Below are positions 1 through 10,138 of a DNA stretch of 55,108 bases, in pieces (position 1 is the first letter of the stretch; the number at the start of each line of letters is the position of its first letter). The position numbers and the translations under genes are program-made. The notes beneath the pieces were generated by a model. It made no database searches. It was not told where the DNA came from and worked only from the letters and a program-made list of their open reading frames with translations. This stretch comes from Nautiliaceae bacterium (GTDB taxonomy: Bacteria; Campylobacterota; Campylobacteria; Campylobacterales; Nautiliaceae), in assembly GCA_027063595.1 (NCBI GenBank), contig JAMORJ010000128.1:1-55108 (forward strand). The letters run 5' to 3'.

Positions 1-52
1 AAATTTTATACTTTTTTTGCTTTTTTTTTTACTTTTTTTCGCTCCCTCTACA

Positions 53-79
53 CAAAATGCCCTAATTTAGGACATTTTG
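53..79 (-). terminator. hairpin just downstream of carB, probable terminator
   Basis: Minus strand reads CAAAATG-T-CCTAA-A-TTAGG-G-CATTTTG. The single mismatch is a U-G wobble only on the minus strand. It lies 5 bp after the carB stop. Confidence 0.55.
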
Positions 80-84
80 AAATC

Positions 85-3000
85 TTATTTTTTAAAATAA
101 TTTTGAAGAGATTTTACTTGAATTTTATTTTTTTGCAAAAACTTAATAGCTTCTATTGCGCTTTTTGCCGCTGCTATAGTCGTAAAATACGGAATGTTTT
201 GATTAAGAACTTCCCTTCTTATTATTTTTGCATCATCTTTACTTGCCTTGTTATCACTCGTATTAATTACCAAATCAATTTCTTCGTTTTTAATCATATC
301 AATAATATTAGGTCGTCCTTCGCTAATCTTAAGAACTCTTTCACACTCAATACCAGCCTCTTTAATTACTTTATAAGTTCCACTCGTAGCCACAATGTCA
401 AATCCAAGTTCTTTAAAAGATTTAGCAATTTCAGGAGCAAATTCCTTATCAAGATCGGTAAGCGAAAGAAATACTTTTCCTTTTATAGGCAAAATATTTT
501 TAGCCGCCATTTGCGCTTTTGCAAAACTTTCTCCAAAACTATCGCTAATTCCCATAACTTCACCTGTAGATTTCATTTCAGGACCAAGAATCAAATCAGC
601 ACCCGGCAATTTATTAAAAGGAAATACGGCTTCTTTTACAGAAATATGATGCGCTCTTTTTGGCTTGTAAACATTTCCGTCAAACTCTACTATTTTATAT
701 TTATCATAAAAATCAAGTGCTTCTTTCAAAACCTTCCCATTATTAATATTAGGATTATATTCTAAATTCCACATAACTCTCGTAGCTACTTTTGCCATAG
801 GAATACCAGTAGCTTTAGATACAAACGGGACAGTTCTACTCGCTCTTGGATTTACTTCAATTAAATAAAGCTTATCTTTATGAAGTGCGTATTGAATATT
901 CAAAAGCCCTTTTACGCCAAGTTTTAAAGCAATTTGTTTTGTTGCGTTTTCAATTTCTTTAATTTTTTCTTCGTTAATATTTATACTTGGCAAACTACAC
1001 GCACTATCTCCGCTATGAATACCAGCTTCTTCAATATGTTGCATAATTCCGCCAATATAAACTTCTTTTGTATCGGAAATTGCATCTACATCAAGCTCAA
1101 CTGCTCTATCTAAAAATTTATCTATTAACACAGGACTTTCATGAGAAACGCTTACTGCTTCGTCCATATATTCTCTAAGTTCATCCTCGTTATAAACGAT
1201 TCTCATTGCTCTTCCGCCAAGCACATAACTTGGACGAACTAAAACCGGATATCCAATTCTTTGAGCTATTTTATAAGCTTCTTCTTTCGTAAAAGCCGTA
1301 CCGTTTTGTGGTTGATTTAAACCAAGTTCTCTAATAAAAGAAGCAAATTTCTCTCTATCTTCTGCTGTATCAATAACTTTTGCGCTTGTCCCAATTATTT
1401 TTGCTCCAATACTCGTTAGAGGTTTTGCAAGTTTTAAAGGAGTTTGACCTCCAAATTGAACAATAACTCCATCAGGATTTTCTCTCTCAACAACGTTTCT
1501 AACCCTTTCAAAATCGATAGGTTCAAAATATAAAACATCGCTTGTATCATAATCTGTTGAAACGGTTTCTGGATTACAGTTATACATAATAGTTTTTACT
1601 CCAAGGTCATTTAAAGCAAAGGCCGCATGAACACAGCAATAATCAAATTCAATCCCCTGTCCAATTCTATTTGGTCCACCTCCAAGAATTAAAACTTTTT
1701 TATCGTTTTTTAAATCAGACTCTCTTAAAGGCACATTTTTCGTAACATTAGTAGTTGAATACAAATAACTTGTAGTAGTATCAAATTCAGCCGCGCAAGT
1801 ATCAACTTCGTTATAATCAAGCTCAATATTAAGTCTTTTTCTTGCGTTATAAACATCGTTTTCGGATACGCCTATTAATTTTGCAATCATTTTATCGCTA
1901 AAACCATAAGTTTTTGCTCGTCTAAGTTTAGATTCGTCATTTAAAATATCTAAATCTATCTCTTTTTCAAATTCCACAATTTCTTTAATTTGATTTAAAA
2001 ACCAAGGATCTATTTTCGTAAGTTCGTATACCTCATCAACGCTTTTTCCTCTTCTAAAAGCTTCGGCTACGTACAAAATTCTTTCATCGTTTGGTATTCT
2101 AAGTTTTTTAATTAAAGTTTCTTCATCGCACTCTTTCTTTTCAAATCCATCAAGCCCAGTTTCTAACGAACAAAGAGCTTTTTGAATAGACTCTTTAAAA
2201 GTTCTTCCAATTGCCATAACCTCACCAACACTTTTCATAGAAGTTGTAAGAGTTGAATCAGCACTTGGAAATTTTTCAAAAGTAAAACGAGGAATTTTTG
2301 TTACAATATAATCAATTACCGGCTCAAAACTTGCAGGAGTTCCTGTTATATCATTCTTAATTTCATCAAGAGTAAACCCAACCGCCAATAAAGTAGCTAC
2401 TTTTGCAATAGGATAACCAGTAGCTTTGGAAGCAAGAGCACTACTTCTACTAACTCTTGGATTCATCTCAATAACTATCATTCTTCCATTTTTCGGATTT
2501 ACCGCAAATTGAACGTTACTTCCACCAGTATCAACTCCAATTTCTCTTAAAATAGCAAAAGAAGCATCTCTCATTTTTTGATATTCTTTATCCGTAAGAG
2601 TAAGTGCGGGTGCTACCGTAATACTATCTCCTGTATGGACTCCCATTGGATCTACATTTTCTATACTACAAACGATAATACAATTATCCTCTTTATCTCG
2701 AATAACTTCCATTTCATATTCTTTCCATCCAAGAGCACTCTCAATAATTTCAATTTCATTAATAGGACTTGCTTCAATTCCAATTTTTGCAAGTTCTTTA
2801 AACTCATCCATATTATAAGCAACACCACTTCCAAGTCCTCCAAGAGTATAAGCTGCTCTTACGATTACAGGAAATCCTATTTCTTTTACGATTTCAATAG
2901 CTTCATCAAGAGTATGAGCAATTCCACTTTTTGCCATTTCAAGACCAATTTTTTCTATTGCTTTTTTAAAAGCTTCTCTATCCTCTCCCTTTTTTATGGC

Positions 3001-3357
3001 TTCAGGATTTGCTCCAAGAAATTCTATCCCTTTAAGCATTCCTTTTTCATACATTTCCATAGCAACGTTTAAAGCGGTTTGTCCACCCATTGTAGGAAGT
3101 ATTGCATCAACTTTTTCTTTTTTAATTATTTCGGCAACAATCTCCGGAGTAATTGGTTCAATATAAGTAGCATCGGCAAATTCAGGATCCGTCATAATCG
3201 TTGCAGGATTTGAATTTATAAGAACAACTCTATATCCAAGAGATTTTAAAGTTTTTGCAGCTTGAACTCCAGAATAATCAAATTCACAAGCCTGACCTAT
3301 AACGATTGGACCAGAACCTATAAGCAAAATGGTTTTAATATCTTCTCTTTTTGGCAT
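85..3357 (-). CDS. carB: carbamoyl-phosphate synthase large subunit
   Basis: [31 protein letters not shown]-terminus, duplicated ATP-grasp halves ([15 protein letters not shown]), C-terminal MGS domain, 1090 aa. Confidence 0.99.
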   Translation of the reverse strand: MPKREDIKTILLIGSGPIVIGQACEFDYSGVQAAKTLKSLGYRVVLINSNPATIMTDPEFADATYIEPITPEIVAEIIKKEKVDAILPTMGGQTALNVAMEMYEKGMLKGIEFLGANPEAIKKGEDREAFKKAIEKIGLEMAKSGIAHTLDEAIEIVKEIGFPVIVRAAYTLGGLGSGVAYNMDEFKELAKIGIEASPINEIEIIESALGWKEYEMEVIRDKEDNCIIVCSIENVDPMGVHTGDSITVAPALTLTDKEYQKMRDASFAILREIGVDTGGSNVQFAVNPKNGRMIVIEMNPRVSRSSALASKATGYPIAKVATLLAVGFTLDEIKNDITGTPASFEPVIDYIVTKIPRFTFEKFPSADSTLTTSMKSVGEVMAIGRTFKESIQKALCSLETGLDGFEKKECDEETLIKKLRIPNDERILYVAEAFRRGKSVDEVYELTKIDPWFLNQIKEIVEFEKEIDLDILNDESKLRRAKTYGFSDKMIAKLIGVSENDVYNARKRLNIELDYNEVDTCAAEFDTTTSYLYSTTNVTKNVPLRESDLKNDKKVLILGGGPNRIGQGIEFDYCCVHAAFALNDLGVKTIMYNCNPETVSTDYDTSDVLYFEPIDFERVRNVVERENPDGVIVQFGGQTPLKLAKPLTSIGAKIIGTSAKVIDTAEDREKFASFIRELGLNQPQNGTAFTKEEAYKIAQRIGYPVLVRPSYVLGGRAMRIVYNEDELREYMDEAVSVSHESPVLIDKFLDRAVELDVDAISDTKEVYIGGIMQHIEEAGIHSGDSACSLPSININEEKIKEIENATKQIALKLGVKGLLNIQYALHKDKLYLIEVNPRASRTVPFVSKATGIPMAKVATRVMWNLEYNPNINNGKVLKEALDFYDKYKIVEFDGNVYKPKRAHHISVKEAVFPFNKLPGADLILGPEMKSTGEVMGISDSFGESFAKAQMAAKNILPIKGKVFLSLTDLDKEFAPEIAKSFKELGFDIVATSGTYKVIKEAGIECERVLKISEGRPNIIDMIKNEEIDLVINTSDNKASKDDAKIIRREVLNQNIPYFTTIAAAKSAIEAIKFLQKNKIQVKSLQNYFKK

Positions 3358-3378
3358 ATAAAACCTTTTTTATATGTA

Positions 3379-3406
3379 ATTATACCTTAAAAAATTACTA
3401 TATAAT
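3379..3406. promoter_or_regulatory. back-to-back sigma70 -10 boxes for carB (minus, 3379-3384) and the exonuclease-uppP unit (plus, 3401-3406)
   Basis: TATAAT on each strand, about 20 bp upstream of each start codon in the divergent gap. Confidence 0.6.
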
Positions 3407-3425
3407 TTCATTAAAAAGGAAAAAG

Positions 3426-4250
3426 TTGAAGCTACCTCAAAGAATCGAAGCCTTAAGAAAAGCCAGCGTCTTTAATAAAGTTACAAAAAAATGGGCGTTA
3501 GAAGAATTAAAAAAAGATAAAAGTTATTTAGAAAAGTGTCTAAAAGAAGATATAAAAGAAAACGTTTTATTTAGAAACTATCAAGACTACATTATATCCG
3601 CCATGCTTGAAAAAGAAGGTCTAATGAAAAGACTAAAACCAATTCCTTTACAAAAAGCATTCTCCAGCAAAGATTTTTTAAAATTTTACATTAATGATTT
3701 AAAAAATATTCCAAAAGAAGCAAAAATAAAAAAAATAGGCGTATTCGATACTGAAACCACAGATATTTATGGATATATTATTTCATACGCTTTTGTAATT
3801 CAAGATATGGAAACCTTAGATACAAAAGAAATTTATGAATTTTTAAATCCAAAGGCAAAAATTAGCGAAGAAGCATATTCGGTTCATAAAATAAAACAAG
3901 AAGAATTACAAAACAAACCAACTTTTGAAGAAAAAAAAGAAGAAATATTAAATATCTTTGATTCTTTAGATATGATAGTTGGGCATAATGTATTTTACGA
4001 TTTTGGAGTATTAAAAAGAGAACTTGAGAGAGCTAAACATTTTCCAAACATAATCGATATTCCAATTTTTGATACCATGTTTTATAGCTGGGATATAGTA
4101 GTGCTCGATAAAAAAAAGCAACCAAAACTTGAAGAAGCGGTTGCGTTTTTTTTAGGACACCAAAACGTAAAATATCACGACGCTTTAGAAGACGTTAAAA
4201 TGACCTTAAAAGTTTTTAACAAATTACTTGAAGAAGGACAAAAACTATGA
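3426..4250 (+). CDS. DEDDh 3'-5' exonuclease (DnaQ/epsilon-like) with N-terminal extension
   Basis: ExoI FDTETT, ExoII GHNVFYD, ExoIII YHDALED. Start moved to the in-frame TTG at 3426, which follows AAGGA (3416-3420). The track start at 3351 overlaps carB. Confidence 0.88.
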   Translation: MKLPQRIEALRKASVFNKVTKKWALEELKKDKSYLEKCLKEDIKENVLFRNYQDYIISAMLEKEGLMKRLKPIPLQKAFSSKDFLKFYINDLKNIPKEAKIKKIGVFDTETTDIYGYIISYAFVIQDMETLDTKEIYEFLNPKAKISEEAYSVHKIKQEELQNKPTFEEKKEEILNIFDSLDMIVGHNVFYDFGVLKRELERAKHFPNIIDIPIFDTMFYSWDIVVLDKKKQPKLEEAVAFFLGHQNVKYHDALEDVKMTLKVFNKLLEEGQKL

Positions 4251-5029
4251 ACATAATAGATAGCGTTATTTTAGGAATAGTAGAAGGAATTACAGAATTT
4301 TTACCTATCAGTTCAACGGCTCACATGATTTTAGTATCTACTCTTCTAGGATTACAACAAACCTTACAAAATATCGCTTTTGAAATAATTATTCAATTAG
4401 GAGCAACTTTTGCGATTGTTTTAATTTATTTGGATAAGATAAATTTTAAGGAAATTGAACTTTGGAAAAAAGTGTTATTAGCGTTTTTACCCCTTATGAT
4501 TATTGGCTTTTTATTAAGACACCAAGTAAAAGAATTTTTTAATTTAAAAATCGTTGCTTTGATGTTTATTATAGGAGGAATAGTATTTTTTATAGTTGAA
4601 AAATTATACAAAGAAAAAGAAGCACTAAAAGAAATAGAAAAAATAAGCTATAAACAAGCTTTAATTATAGGTATTTTCCAAGTTTTTGCACTAATTCCAG
4701 GAACCAGTAGAAGCGGTGCAACCATCGTTGGAGGAATGCTAAGTGGACTTAGCAGAAAAACAGCAGCCGATTTTAGCTTTTTGCTTGCAATTCCAACTAT
4801 GATAACGGTAAGCGGATATGAATTTACAAAAAATTTCTCTTCTTTTAAAGATCAAAATCTAATCATTTTAGCAACAGGTTTTTTTGTAAGTTTTATTAGC
4901 TGCTATATTGCCGTTAAATGGTTTTTAAAATTCGTAAAAAAATATACGCTAATTCCATTTGGAATTTATAGAATAGCAATGGGAATTTTTATTTTATATT
5001 TAATCTCAAAAGGAGTTATAACTCCTTAA
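4247..5029 (+). CDS. uppP: undecaprenyl-diphosphate phosphatase (BacA/UppP)
   Basis: [17 protein letters not shown] and [10 protein letters not shown] motifs, multiple TM segments. Confidence 0.97.
   Translation: MNIIDSVILGIVEGITEFLPISSTAHMILVSTLLGLQQTLQNIAFEIIIQLGATFAIVLIYLDKINFKEIELWKKVLLAFLPLMIIGFLLRHQVKEFFNLKIVALMFIIGGIVFFIVEKLYKEKEALKEIEKISYKQALIIGIFQVFALIPGTSRSGATIVGGMLSGLSRKTAADFSFLLAIPTMITVSGYEFTKNFSSFKDQNLIILATGFFVSFISCYIAVKWFLKFVKKYTLIPFGIYRIAMGIFILYLISKGVITP
5010..5027. repeat. perfect 18-bp palindrome AAGGAGTTATAACTCCTT at a convergent gene junction
   Basis: The sequence is its own reverse complement and overlaps the 3' ends of uppP and the small minus-strand ORF. Confidence 0.85.
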
Positions 5030-5192
5030 AAAAAATTTTAATTGCTAAATAATAAACTACATAAAGAATAAATATGAAAATAAAAATTGAAAAAAGGGGA
5101 TTTTCTTGATAATCTCCTATTAAAAACACAATCGCAACAAAAATTAAAAAAAGAGCAAAAACTCCAAAAAGAAGTTTATGAATTAAACTCAT
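5016..5192 (-). CDS. small two-TM membrane protein, 58 aa (not in the ORF track)
   Basis: Manual translation: [58 protein letters not shown]. The ATG overlaps the carA stop (ATGA) and the ORF fills the whole uppP-carA gap. Confidence 0.7.
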   Translation of the reverse strand: MSLIHKLLFGVFALFLIFVAIVFLIGDYQENPLFSIFIFIFILYVVYYLAIKIFFKEL

Positions 5193-6313
5193 TTAACAAG
5201 TTTATAAAACTCTTTAAAAATATACTTACTATCATGAGGCCCAGGAGATGCTTCTGGATGATGCTGAACAGAAAAAACGGGCTCATTTTTGTATTTAACG
5301 CCTTCAATAGTATTATCAAAAAGATTAATATGAGTAATTTCTGCTACTTCTTTAATTTCTTCAGGAACGTTATAATTATGATTTTGAGCAGTAATTTCTA
5401 CTACTGGATGTCTTCCCAAAAGATTTTTAACAGGATGATTACCTCCATGATGTCCAAACTTTAACTTAAAAGTAGGATATCCATGCGAAATACTAAGAAG
5501 TTGATGTCCAAGACAAATACCAAACATAGGAATTTTAGCTTTAAGAAGTTTTTTAATTTTTTCGTGAATGTCTTTAAGTATTAAAGGATCACCGGGACCG
5601 TTACTTAAAAACACTCCACCAATTTCTCTTCTTTCATACAAGTTAATAATTTCTTCAGCCTCAGTAGAAGCAGGAAGTACTAAACATTCCATCCCAGCTT
5701 CTGTTAATTCGTTTAAAATATTTCTTTTTACCCCAAAATCTAAAACAGCTATTCTTTTATCGGTATTTTTTTCTTTATATCTAAAACTTTTATGATCCCA
5801 AGCACCATGTGGATGAATATATTTTTCTTTTGTAGTTACTTCTTTTATGTAATCAATTTCTTCAATTCGAGGAGAGTTTTTTAAAATTTTTTCAAGTTCG
5901 TTTTTATCATGAATTTCGCTAGAGGCTATCATCATCATAGCCCCTTCTTTTCTAATCGTTTTTGTCAAAAATCTTGTATCTATATTACAAATTCCCAATA
6001 TATTGTTTTCTTGTAAAAATTTAGCCAACGTTTTTTGACCTCTAAAATTTGAATATTTATCTACATATTCCCTAACAATTACGCCTTTAAGCCAAGCACC
6101 TTTACTCTCCATATCATCATCATTAACGCCAACATTCCCAATCTCTGGCATAGTAAATACTACAAACTGACCAGCATAGCTTGGATCCGTAATTATTTCT
6201 TGATACCCAGTCATAGAAGTATTAAAAACTATTTCACCAACAGCAGTTCCTTCAGCCCCAAACCCTTCAGCTTCAAAAAACATTCCATTCTCAAGCAAAA
6301 TACTAACTTTCAT
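5189..6313 (-). CDS. carA: carbamoyl-phosphate synthase small subunit
   Basis: GEIVFNTSMTGYQE, LSNGPGDP, catalytic GICLGHQ, HPEASPGPHD. Confidence 0.99.
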   Translation of the reverse strand: MKVSILLENGMFFEAEGFGAEGTAVGEIVFNTSMTGYQEIITDPSYAGQFVVFTMPEIGNVGVNDDDMESKGAWLKGVIVREYVDKYSNFRGQKTLAKFLQENNILGICNIDTRFLTKTIRKEGAMMMIASSEIHDKNELEKILKNSPRIEEIDYIKEVTTKEKYIHPHGAWDHKSFRYKEKNTDKRIAVLDFGVKRNILNELTEAGMECLVLPASTEAEEIINLYERREIGGVFLSNGPGDPLILKDIHEKIKKLLKAKIPMFGICLGHQLLSISHGYPTFKLKFGHHGGNHPVKNLLGRHPVVEITAQNHNYNVPEEIKEVAEITHINLFDNTIEGVKYKNEPVFSVQHHPEASPGPHDSKYIFKEFYKLVK

Positions 6314-6325
6314 TTCTGCCCTTCA

Positions 6326-6883
6326 TTAAATAAGTCCTCTTTTTTTCAACTCTTGCTCGTAAATTCTTTGAAATACAAGCTCCCATTCTTCACTTCCTGG
6401 CACAAGCGGTCTTTTATAATGTTCTATCTTTTCGTAAGCTGCCATTCTTGCTTCTTTTTCTCTATTTAAAAAGTCCATAAACGATTTAAAAATAATATTT
6501 TTTATTTTTCCATCTCTTTCATCGTAATCTATCAATTCTTTATCCCAAAGCTCTTTTACCAAAAACGCCGCCAAATCATCAAATCTATCCGTTTTGTTAA
6601 TAGGAAATCCTTCTTCTTTTGCTATTTCTTTTTTAAGAAGCTTAAAAACTTCCCTTCTATCTACATCATAAAAAAGATATTCGTTTTCTTCCTCCTCTTT
6701 CGCTAAAATTTCCCTAGCTTTATCTTCAATTTCTCTCTCCCATAAAACATCATCAAGCACTATTTCTTCAATTTCTTTAATGGCTATATCAATTCCTTTT
6801 GGAAAAGTAACATATCCGCTATTTAATAAATCATAAGCTATTTTTCTTGCAATAAACGGAACCTGAGCCTCTTTAATTAGCAT
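6326..6883 (-). CDS. DUF507 family protein
   Basis: C-terminal IEHYKRPLVPGSEEWELVFQRIYEQELKKRG. Its position upstream of carA is as recalled for Campylobacterota. Confidence 0.8.
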   Translation of the reverse strand: MLIKEAQVPFIARKIAYDLLNSGYVTFPKGIDIAIKEIEEIVLDDVLWEREIEDKAREILAKEEEENEYLFYDVDRREVFKLLKKEIAKEEGFPINKTDRFDDLAAFLVKELWDKELIDYDERDGKIKNIIFKSFMDFLNREKEARMAAYEKIEHYKRPLVPGSEEWELVFQRIYEQELKKRGLI

Positions 6884-6902
6884 ATAAAGCCTTTTTTCTA
6901 AA

Positions 6903-6911
6903 ATTATATCA
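6903..6911 (-). promoter_or_regulatory. extended -10 promoter (TGATATAAT) for DUF507-carA
   Basis: TGnTATAAT about 20 bp upstream of the DUF507 ATG, overlapping the upstream stop codon. Confidence 0.6.
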
Positions 6912-7619
6912 AAATATAAACTCGCTTTTTCTAAGCACCTCTATATTTTTATACTTTTGAACAAATTCAATAGCTTCTTTTACAAAATCTCCTTCCACCT
7001 CAACTACAATACTTCCCTCATTTCCAAAAATACCGCCACTTGCTATAATTTTGGCATCCAAATCAAAAAGAACTTTAAAAGCTTCTATTTCACTAAAAAC
7101 TTCTCCATAAAAAAATCTAAGCATTGAAATTTTCATGCCACTTGCAAAATCAACATTTTGAGTAGCTTCAACATAAAAAGGTATTAGCTTTTCGTGATTT
7201 ACCGGAATGATTACTTTTGCTCCCCTACAAGCCGCTTTTACATAAAAATTTCCGTAAGTTCCTCCGTTTTTATCAGCCGCTCCAACAGCCGCCTGTTTTT
7301 TGCCATTTTCATACCAAAGAGCGTTTGCTCCCTTTATAAAATAATCATCTGCTTGTATTTCAAACTCATCTACATTAACTAATTTTCCATTATCCAATAT
7401 CACAACCGGTGGTCTTTTTTTTGTAACATTTAAACTATCGTTTGTAAAACATCCAGCAACATAAAGTTCATCCATTTCAATACCCAAATGATATAAAAGA
7501 TACTGATTTAAACTTCCATATCCAATATATACTCTTTTTGAAAAATCTATATACTTAGTTAAAGCCTTGGCTATTAAATGCTTTTGAGTATTAACGCTAA
7601 GGAGTAGTTGTGCTTTCAT
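6909..7619 (-). CDS. conserved hypothetical protein, possibly NagB/RpiA/CoA-transferase-like fold
   Basis: 236-aa ORF with enzyme-like Gly motifs: GYGSLN, IKGANAL, PVNHEKLIP, ASGGIFGNEGS. Function not assignable. Confidence 0.7.
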   Translation of the reverse strand: MKAQLLLSVNTQKHLIAKALTKYIDFSKRVYIGYGSLNQYLLYHLGIEMDELYVAGCFTNDSLNVTKKRPPVVILDNGKLVNVDEFEIQADDYFIKGANALWYENGKKQAAVGAADKNGGTYGNFYVKAACRGAKVIIPVNHEKLIPFYVEATQNVDFASGMKISMLRFFYGEVFSEIEAFKVLFDLDAKIIASGGIFGNEGSIVVEVEGDFVKEAIEFVQKYKNIEVLRKSEFIF

Positions 7620-8127
7620 TCTTATCTCCTAAAAGCATTTTGCTTAATTTAGCCGCTTTAACCGGGTCCATTTTAGAAAAAATTTTAGCAACGATTTTTG
7701 GCTGTAATTTTTGAAGAATTTCAAGCGCATCTTTTTCTGGCATATTTGAAAGAATAGAAGCCGCATTTTTTGGTCTCATTTTAGCATAGGCCTGAGTTAC
7801 TTTATCAAGTCTTGCTTTCTTTATTTCTTCTAAAATTTTTTTATTTTTTTCAAGAAGTTTTTGAATTTGTTTTTTTTCTTCTTCTATTTTTTTCAAAGTA
7901 GCGTTAATTTCGGCTTCTTTTTGATTAAGTTTTTCTTCCTTTTTTTTAATTAAAGCCATATAAGTATTTTTCAATGCTTCAAGAGCTTCCTTTTGCTCTA
8001 AAATTTTCTCCGCCTCTGCTTCAAGTTCAGCTTTTTTTTGAGCAAAAATATCGTAACAATCAAGAAGTTTTTGATTATCTACAGCAAAAAGAAAAAGAGG
8101 AATAAAAAAAAGCAGTTTAGCTTTCAT
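7597..8127 (-). CDS. MotE/PDP-family secreted coiled-coil protein (Cj1496c-like)
   Basis: Signal peptide, long K/E coiled coil, C-terminal YAKMRPKNAASILSNM...IFSKMDPVKAAKL (MgtE-N/FliG-like helical repeats). Confidence 0.8.
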   Translation of the reverse strand: MKAKLLFFIPLFLFAVDNQKLLDCYDIFAQKKAELEAEAEKILEQKEALEALKNTYMALIKKKEEKLNQKEAEINATLKKIEEEKKQIQKLLEKNKKILEEIKKARLDKVTQAYAKMRPKNAASILSNMPEKDALEILQKLQPKIVAKIFSKMDPVKAAKLSKMLLGDKNESTTTP

Positions 8128-8916
8128 CTAATAAATTTCTCCTAAAATATCTCCAACTTCAACATAGTCTTTTTGATTTAGATATTTAAAATGCTCAGGT
8201 CCAAAAAAGATTAAAATAGAGCTTCCAAACTCAAATCTTCCAAGCTCATCACCTTTTTTAAGTTTAATCGGATCACTATACTCAAAACTTTTAACATCAT
8301 CGTAATCTTTACTTAATCTCTCATCAAAATTTAAAACAATCTTTCCAATAATCATAGCTCCTACAAACACCATATAAAAATATCTATCTTTTAAATCTCT
8401 ACATTTTAAAACAACTCTTTTATTTTTAGGAAAAACAAGCTCTTTTTCAAGAAAAGAAGGCTTAACTGGTTTAAGATCTCCCGGAATATAAGTAGCTTTT
8501 ACAACTTCCATATCGATTGGCACATGAAAACGATGATAATCTCTAGGCGATAAATAAAGATTTATAAAATAACCCTCGTTTAAATTAACATCTTCTAGCA
8601 AAAGTTCTTTTAAAATATATTTTTTCCCTTTTATCTGATACACATAATTTTCTTCTATTTCACCTTCAGCTATTACCAACGAATCACTTGGACTAACAAA
8701 AATATCTTCATCTTCGTAAAATTCAATAACTTTCTTGTGTCTAATAAACAAATCATTAAGAGTAGGATACAAGCAAGGATCGCTTGGCTCATATTCCATC
8801 ATGTCGATGTCAAAAATTTTTACGTATAACTTATTAATAAAACATTGTATTGGTTTAGGAAAAGGGGTTCTTGCTATCTTAACTACGATTTTTGAGAGAA
8901 AACGGGAGGGGTTCAT
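8128..8916 (-). CDS. psd: phosphatidylserine decarboxylase proenzyme (E. coli/PSD-B type)
   Basis: QIKG, YLSPRDYHRFHVP, self-cleavage site GRFEFGSS. Confidence 0.92.
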   Translation of the reverse strand: MNPSRFLSKIVVKIARTPFPKPIQCFINKLYVKIFDIDMMEYEPSDPCLYPTLNDLFIRHKKVIEFYEDEDIFVSPSDSLVIAEGEIEENYVYQIKGKKYILKELLLEDVNLNEGYFINLYLSPRDYHRFHVPIDMEVVKATYIPGDLKPVKPSFLEKELVFPKNKRVVLKCRDLKDRYFYMVFVGAMIIGKIVLNFDERLSKDYDDVKSFEYSDPIKLKKGDELGRFEFGSSILIFFGPEHFKYLNQKDYVEVGDILGEIY

Positions 8917-9899
8917 TTTAAAGTTACTCCTTTTTGTCCTTTTTTTATTTCGCCAATTATATATCCATCGCTATTTTCCAATACTTTATCTACATTCTCA
9001 CTACTTACAGCAAGAATCATTCCAACACCCATATTAAATGTTCTAAACATCTCTTTTTCATCGACATATTTTTTCATAAACTCAAAAATAGGAAGCACTC
9101 TTATTTTTTCTTTATAAACAACAGCTTTTAAGTCATTAGGCAATACTCTTGGAAGGTTTTCTACAATCCCTCCACCAGTAATATGAGCAAGCGCGTTAAT
9201 ATAAGGTTTTAAACGCTTAAAATCTTTTACATAAATTCTAGTAGGAGTCAATAAAATATCAATTAATTTTTTACCATCAATTTCATCGTCAAATTTCATT
9301 TTTAATTTTTCAAAAAAAAGTTTTCTTACCAAACTATAACCATTTGAATGAATTCCGCTACTTGGCAAAGCTATTAAAATGTCTCCTTCTTTTACTTTGG
9401 GATTAAGCTCATCTTCTTCGGCAATTCCAACGGCAAATCCAGCTATATCAAAATCGTTTTCTTTATACATTCCTGGCATTTCAGCAGTTTCACCTCCAAT
9501 TAATGCACACTCAGCTTCCTTACATCCAAGAGCGATACCTTTTATAACTTCGCTTGCTACCTCAACATCAAGCTTTCCAGTAGCATAATAATCTAGAAAG
9601 AAAAGAGGCTCTCCAAAATTACAAATCAAATCATTAACACACATTGCAACTAAATCAATCCCAACAGTATCGTATTTTTTAGCATCAATTGCAAGTTTTA
9701 ACTTCGTTCCAACTCCATCGGTTGAGGATAATAAAACAGGTTTTTTATATCCACTTGGAAGTCTAAATGCTCCAGCAAAACTTCCAATACCTCCAACTAC
9801 CAATTCATTAAAAGTATCTTTTACTAAAGGCTTAATCCTCTCTACCAACGAATTTCCAGCATCTATATCAACACCAGCATCTTTATAGCTTATTTTCAT
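8913..9899 (-). CDS. purM: phosphoribosylformylglycinamidine cyclo-ligase
   Basis: SYKDAGVDIDAGN, DGVGTK, GGETAEMPG, HITGGG, TFNMGVG. Confidence 0.99.
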   Translation of the reverse strand: MKISYKDAGVDIDAGNSLVERIKPLVKDTFNELVVGGIGSFAGAFRLPSGYKKPVLLSSTDGVGTKLKLAIDAKKYDTVGIDLVAMCVNDLICNFGEPLFFLDYYATGKLDVEVASEVIKGIALGCKEAECALIGGETAEMPGMYKENDFDIAGFAVGIAEEDELNPKVKEGDILIALPSSGIHSNGYSLVRKLFFEKLKMKFDDEIDGKKLIDILLTPTRIYVKDFKRLKPYINALAHITGGGIVENLPRVLPNDLKAVVYKEKIRVLPIFEFMKKYVDEKEMFRTFNMGVGMILAVSSENVDKVLENSDGYIIGEIKKGQKGVTLK

Positions 9900-10129
9900 T
9901 CTTCATCCTTACATTCGCAATAACAACTTCCAAAAATCTTTTCCAAAACTATAGTGCTTGGACAAAAATCAAAAGCAAAATGTATAAAAAGCATTATTGC
10001 CATAAATGCCAAAAGCCCAAGCCCAATACTCCACATTCCTTTTGCAAGAAGAGCTAAAATAACCAATAAAAACATACTCATCATAAGTCTTTGAACTCTC
10101 TCCGCACACCAAAGTTTTTTAGTTTTCAT
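9896..10129 (-). CDS. small two-TM protein, YgaP/DUF2892-like, Cys-rich tail
   Basis: ERVQR then two TM helices, FDFCP motif, C-terminal CYCEC. AAGGAG RBS and ATGA overlap with purM. Confidence 0.7.
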   Translation of the reverse strand: MKTKKLWCAERVQRLMMSMFLLVILALLAKGMWSIGLGLLAFMAIMLFIHFAFDFCPSTIVLEKIFGSCYCECKDEE

Positions 10130-10138
10130 TTTACTCCT

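Noticed and set aside
5087-5464. 125-aa plus-strand ORF at the uppP-carA junction
   Set aside because: Mostly antisense to carA with no recognisable motif; the coupled 58-aa minus-strand ORF explains the gap better
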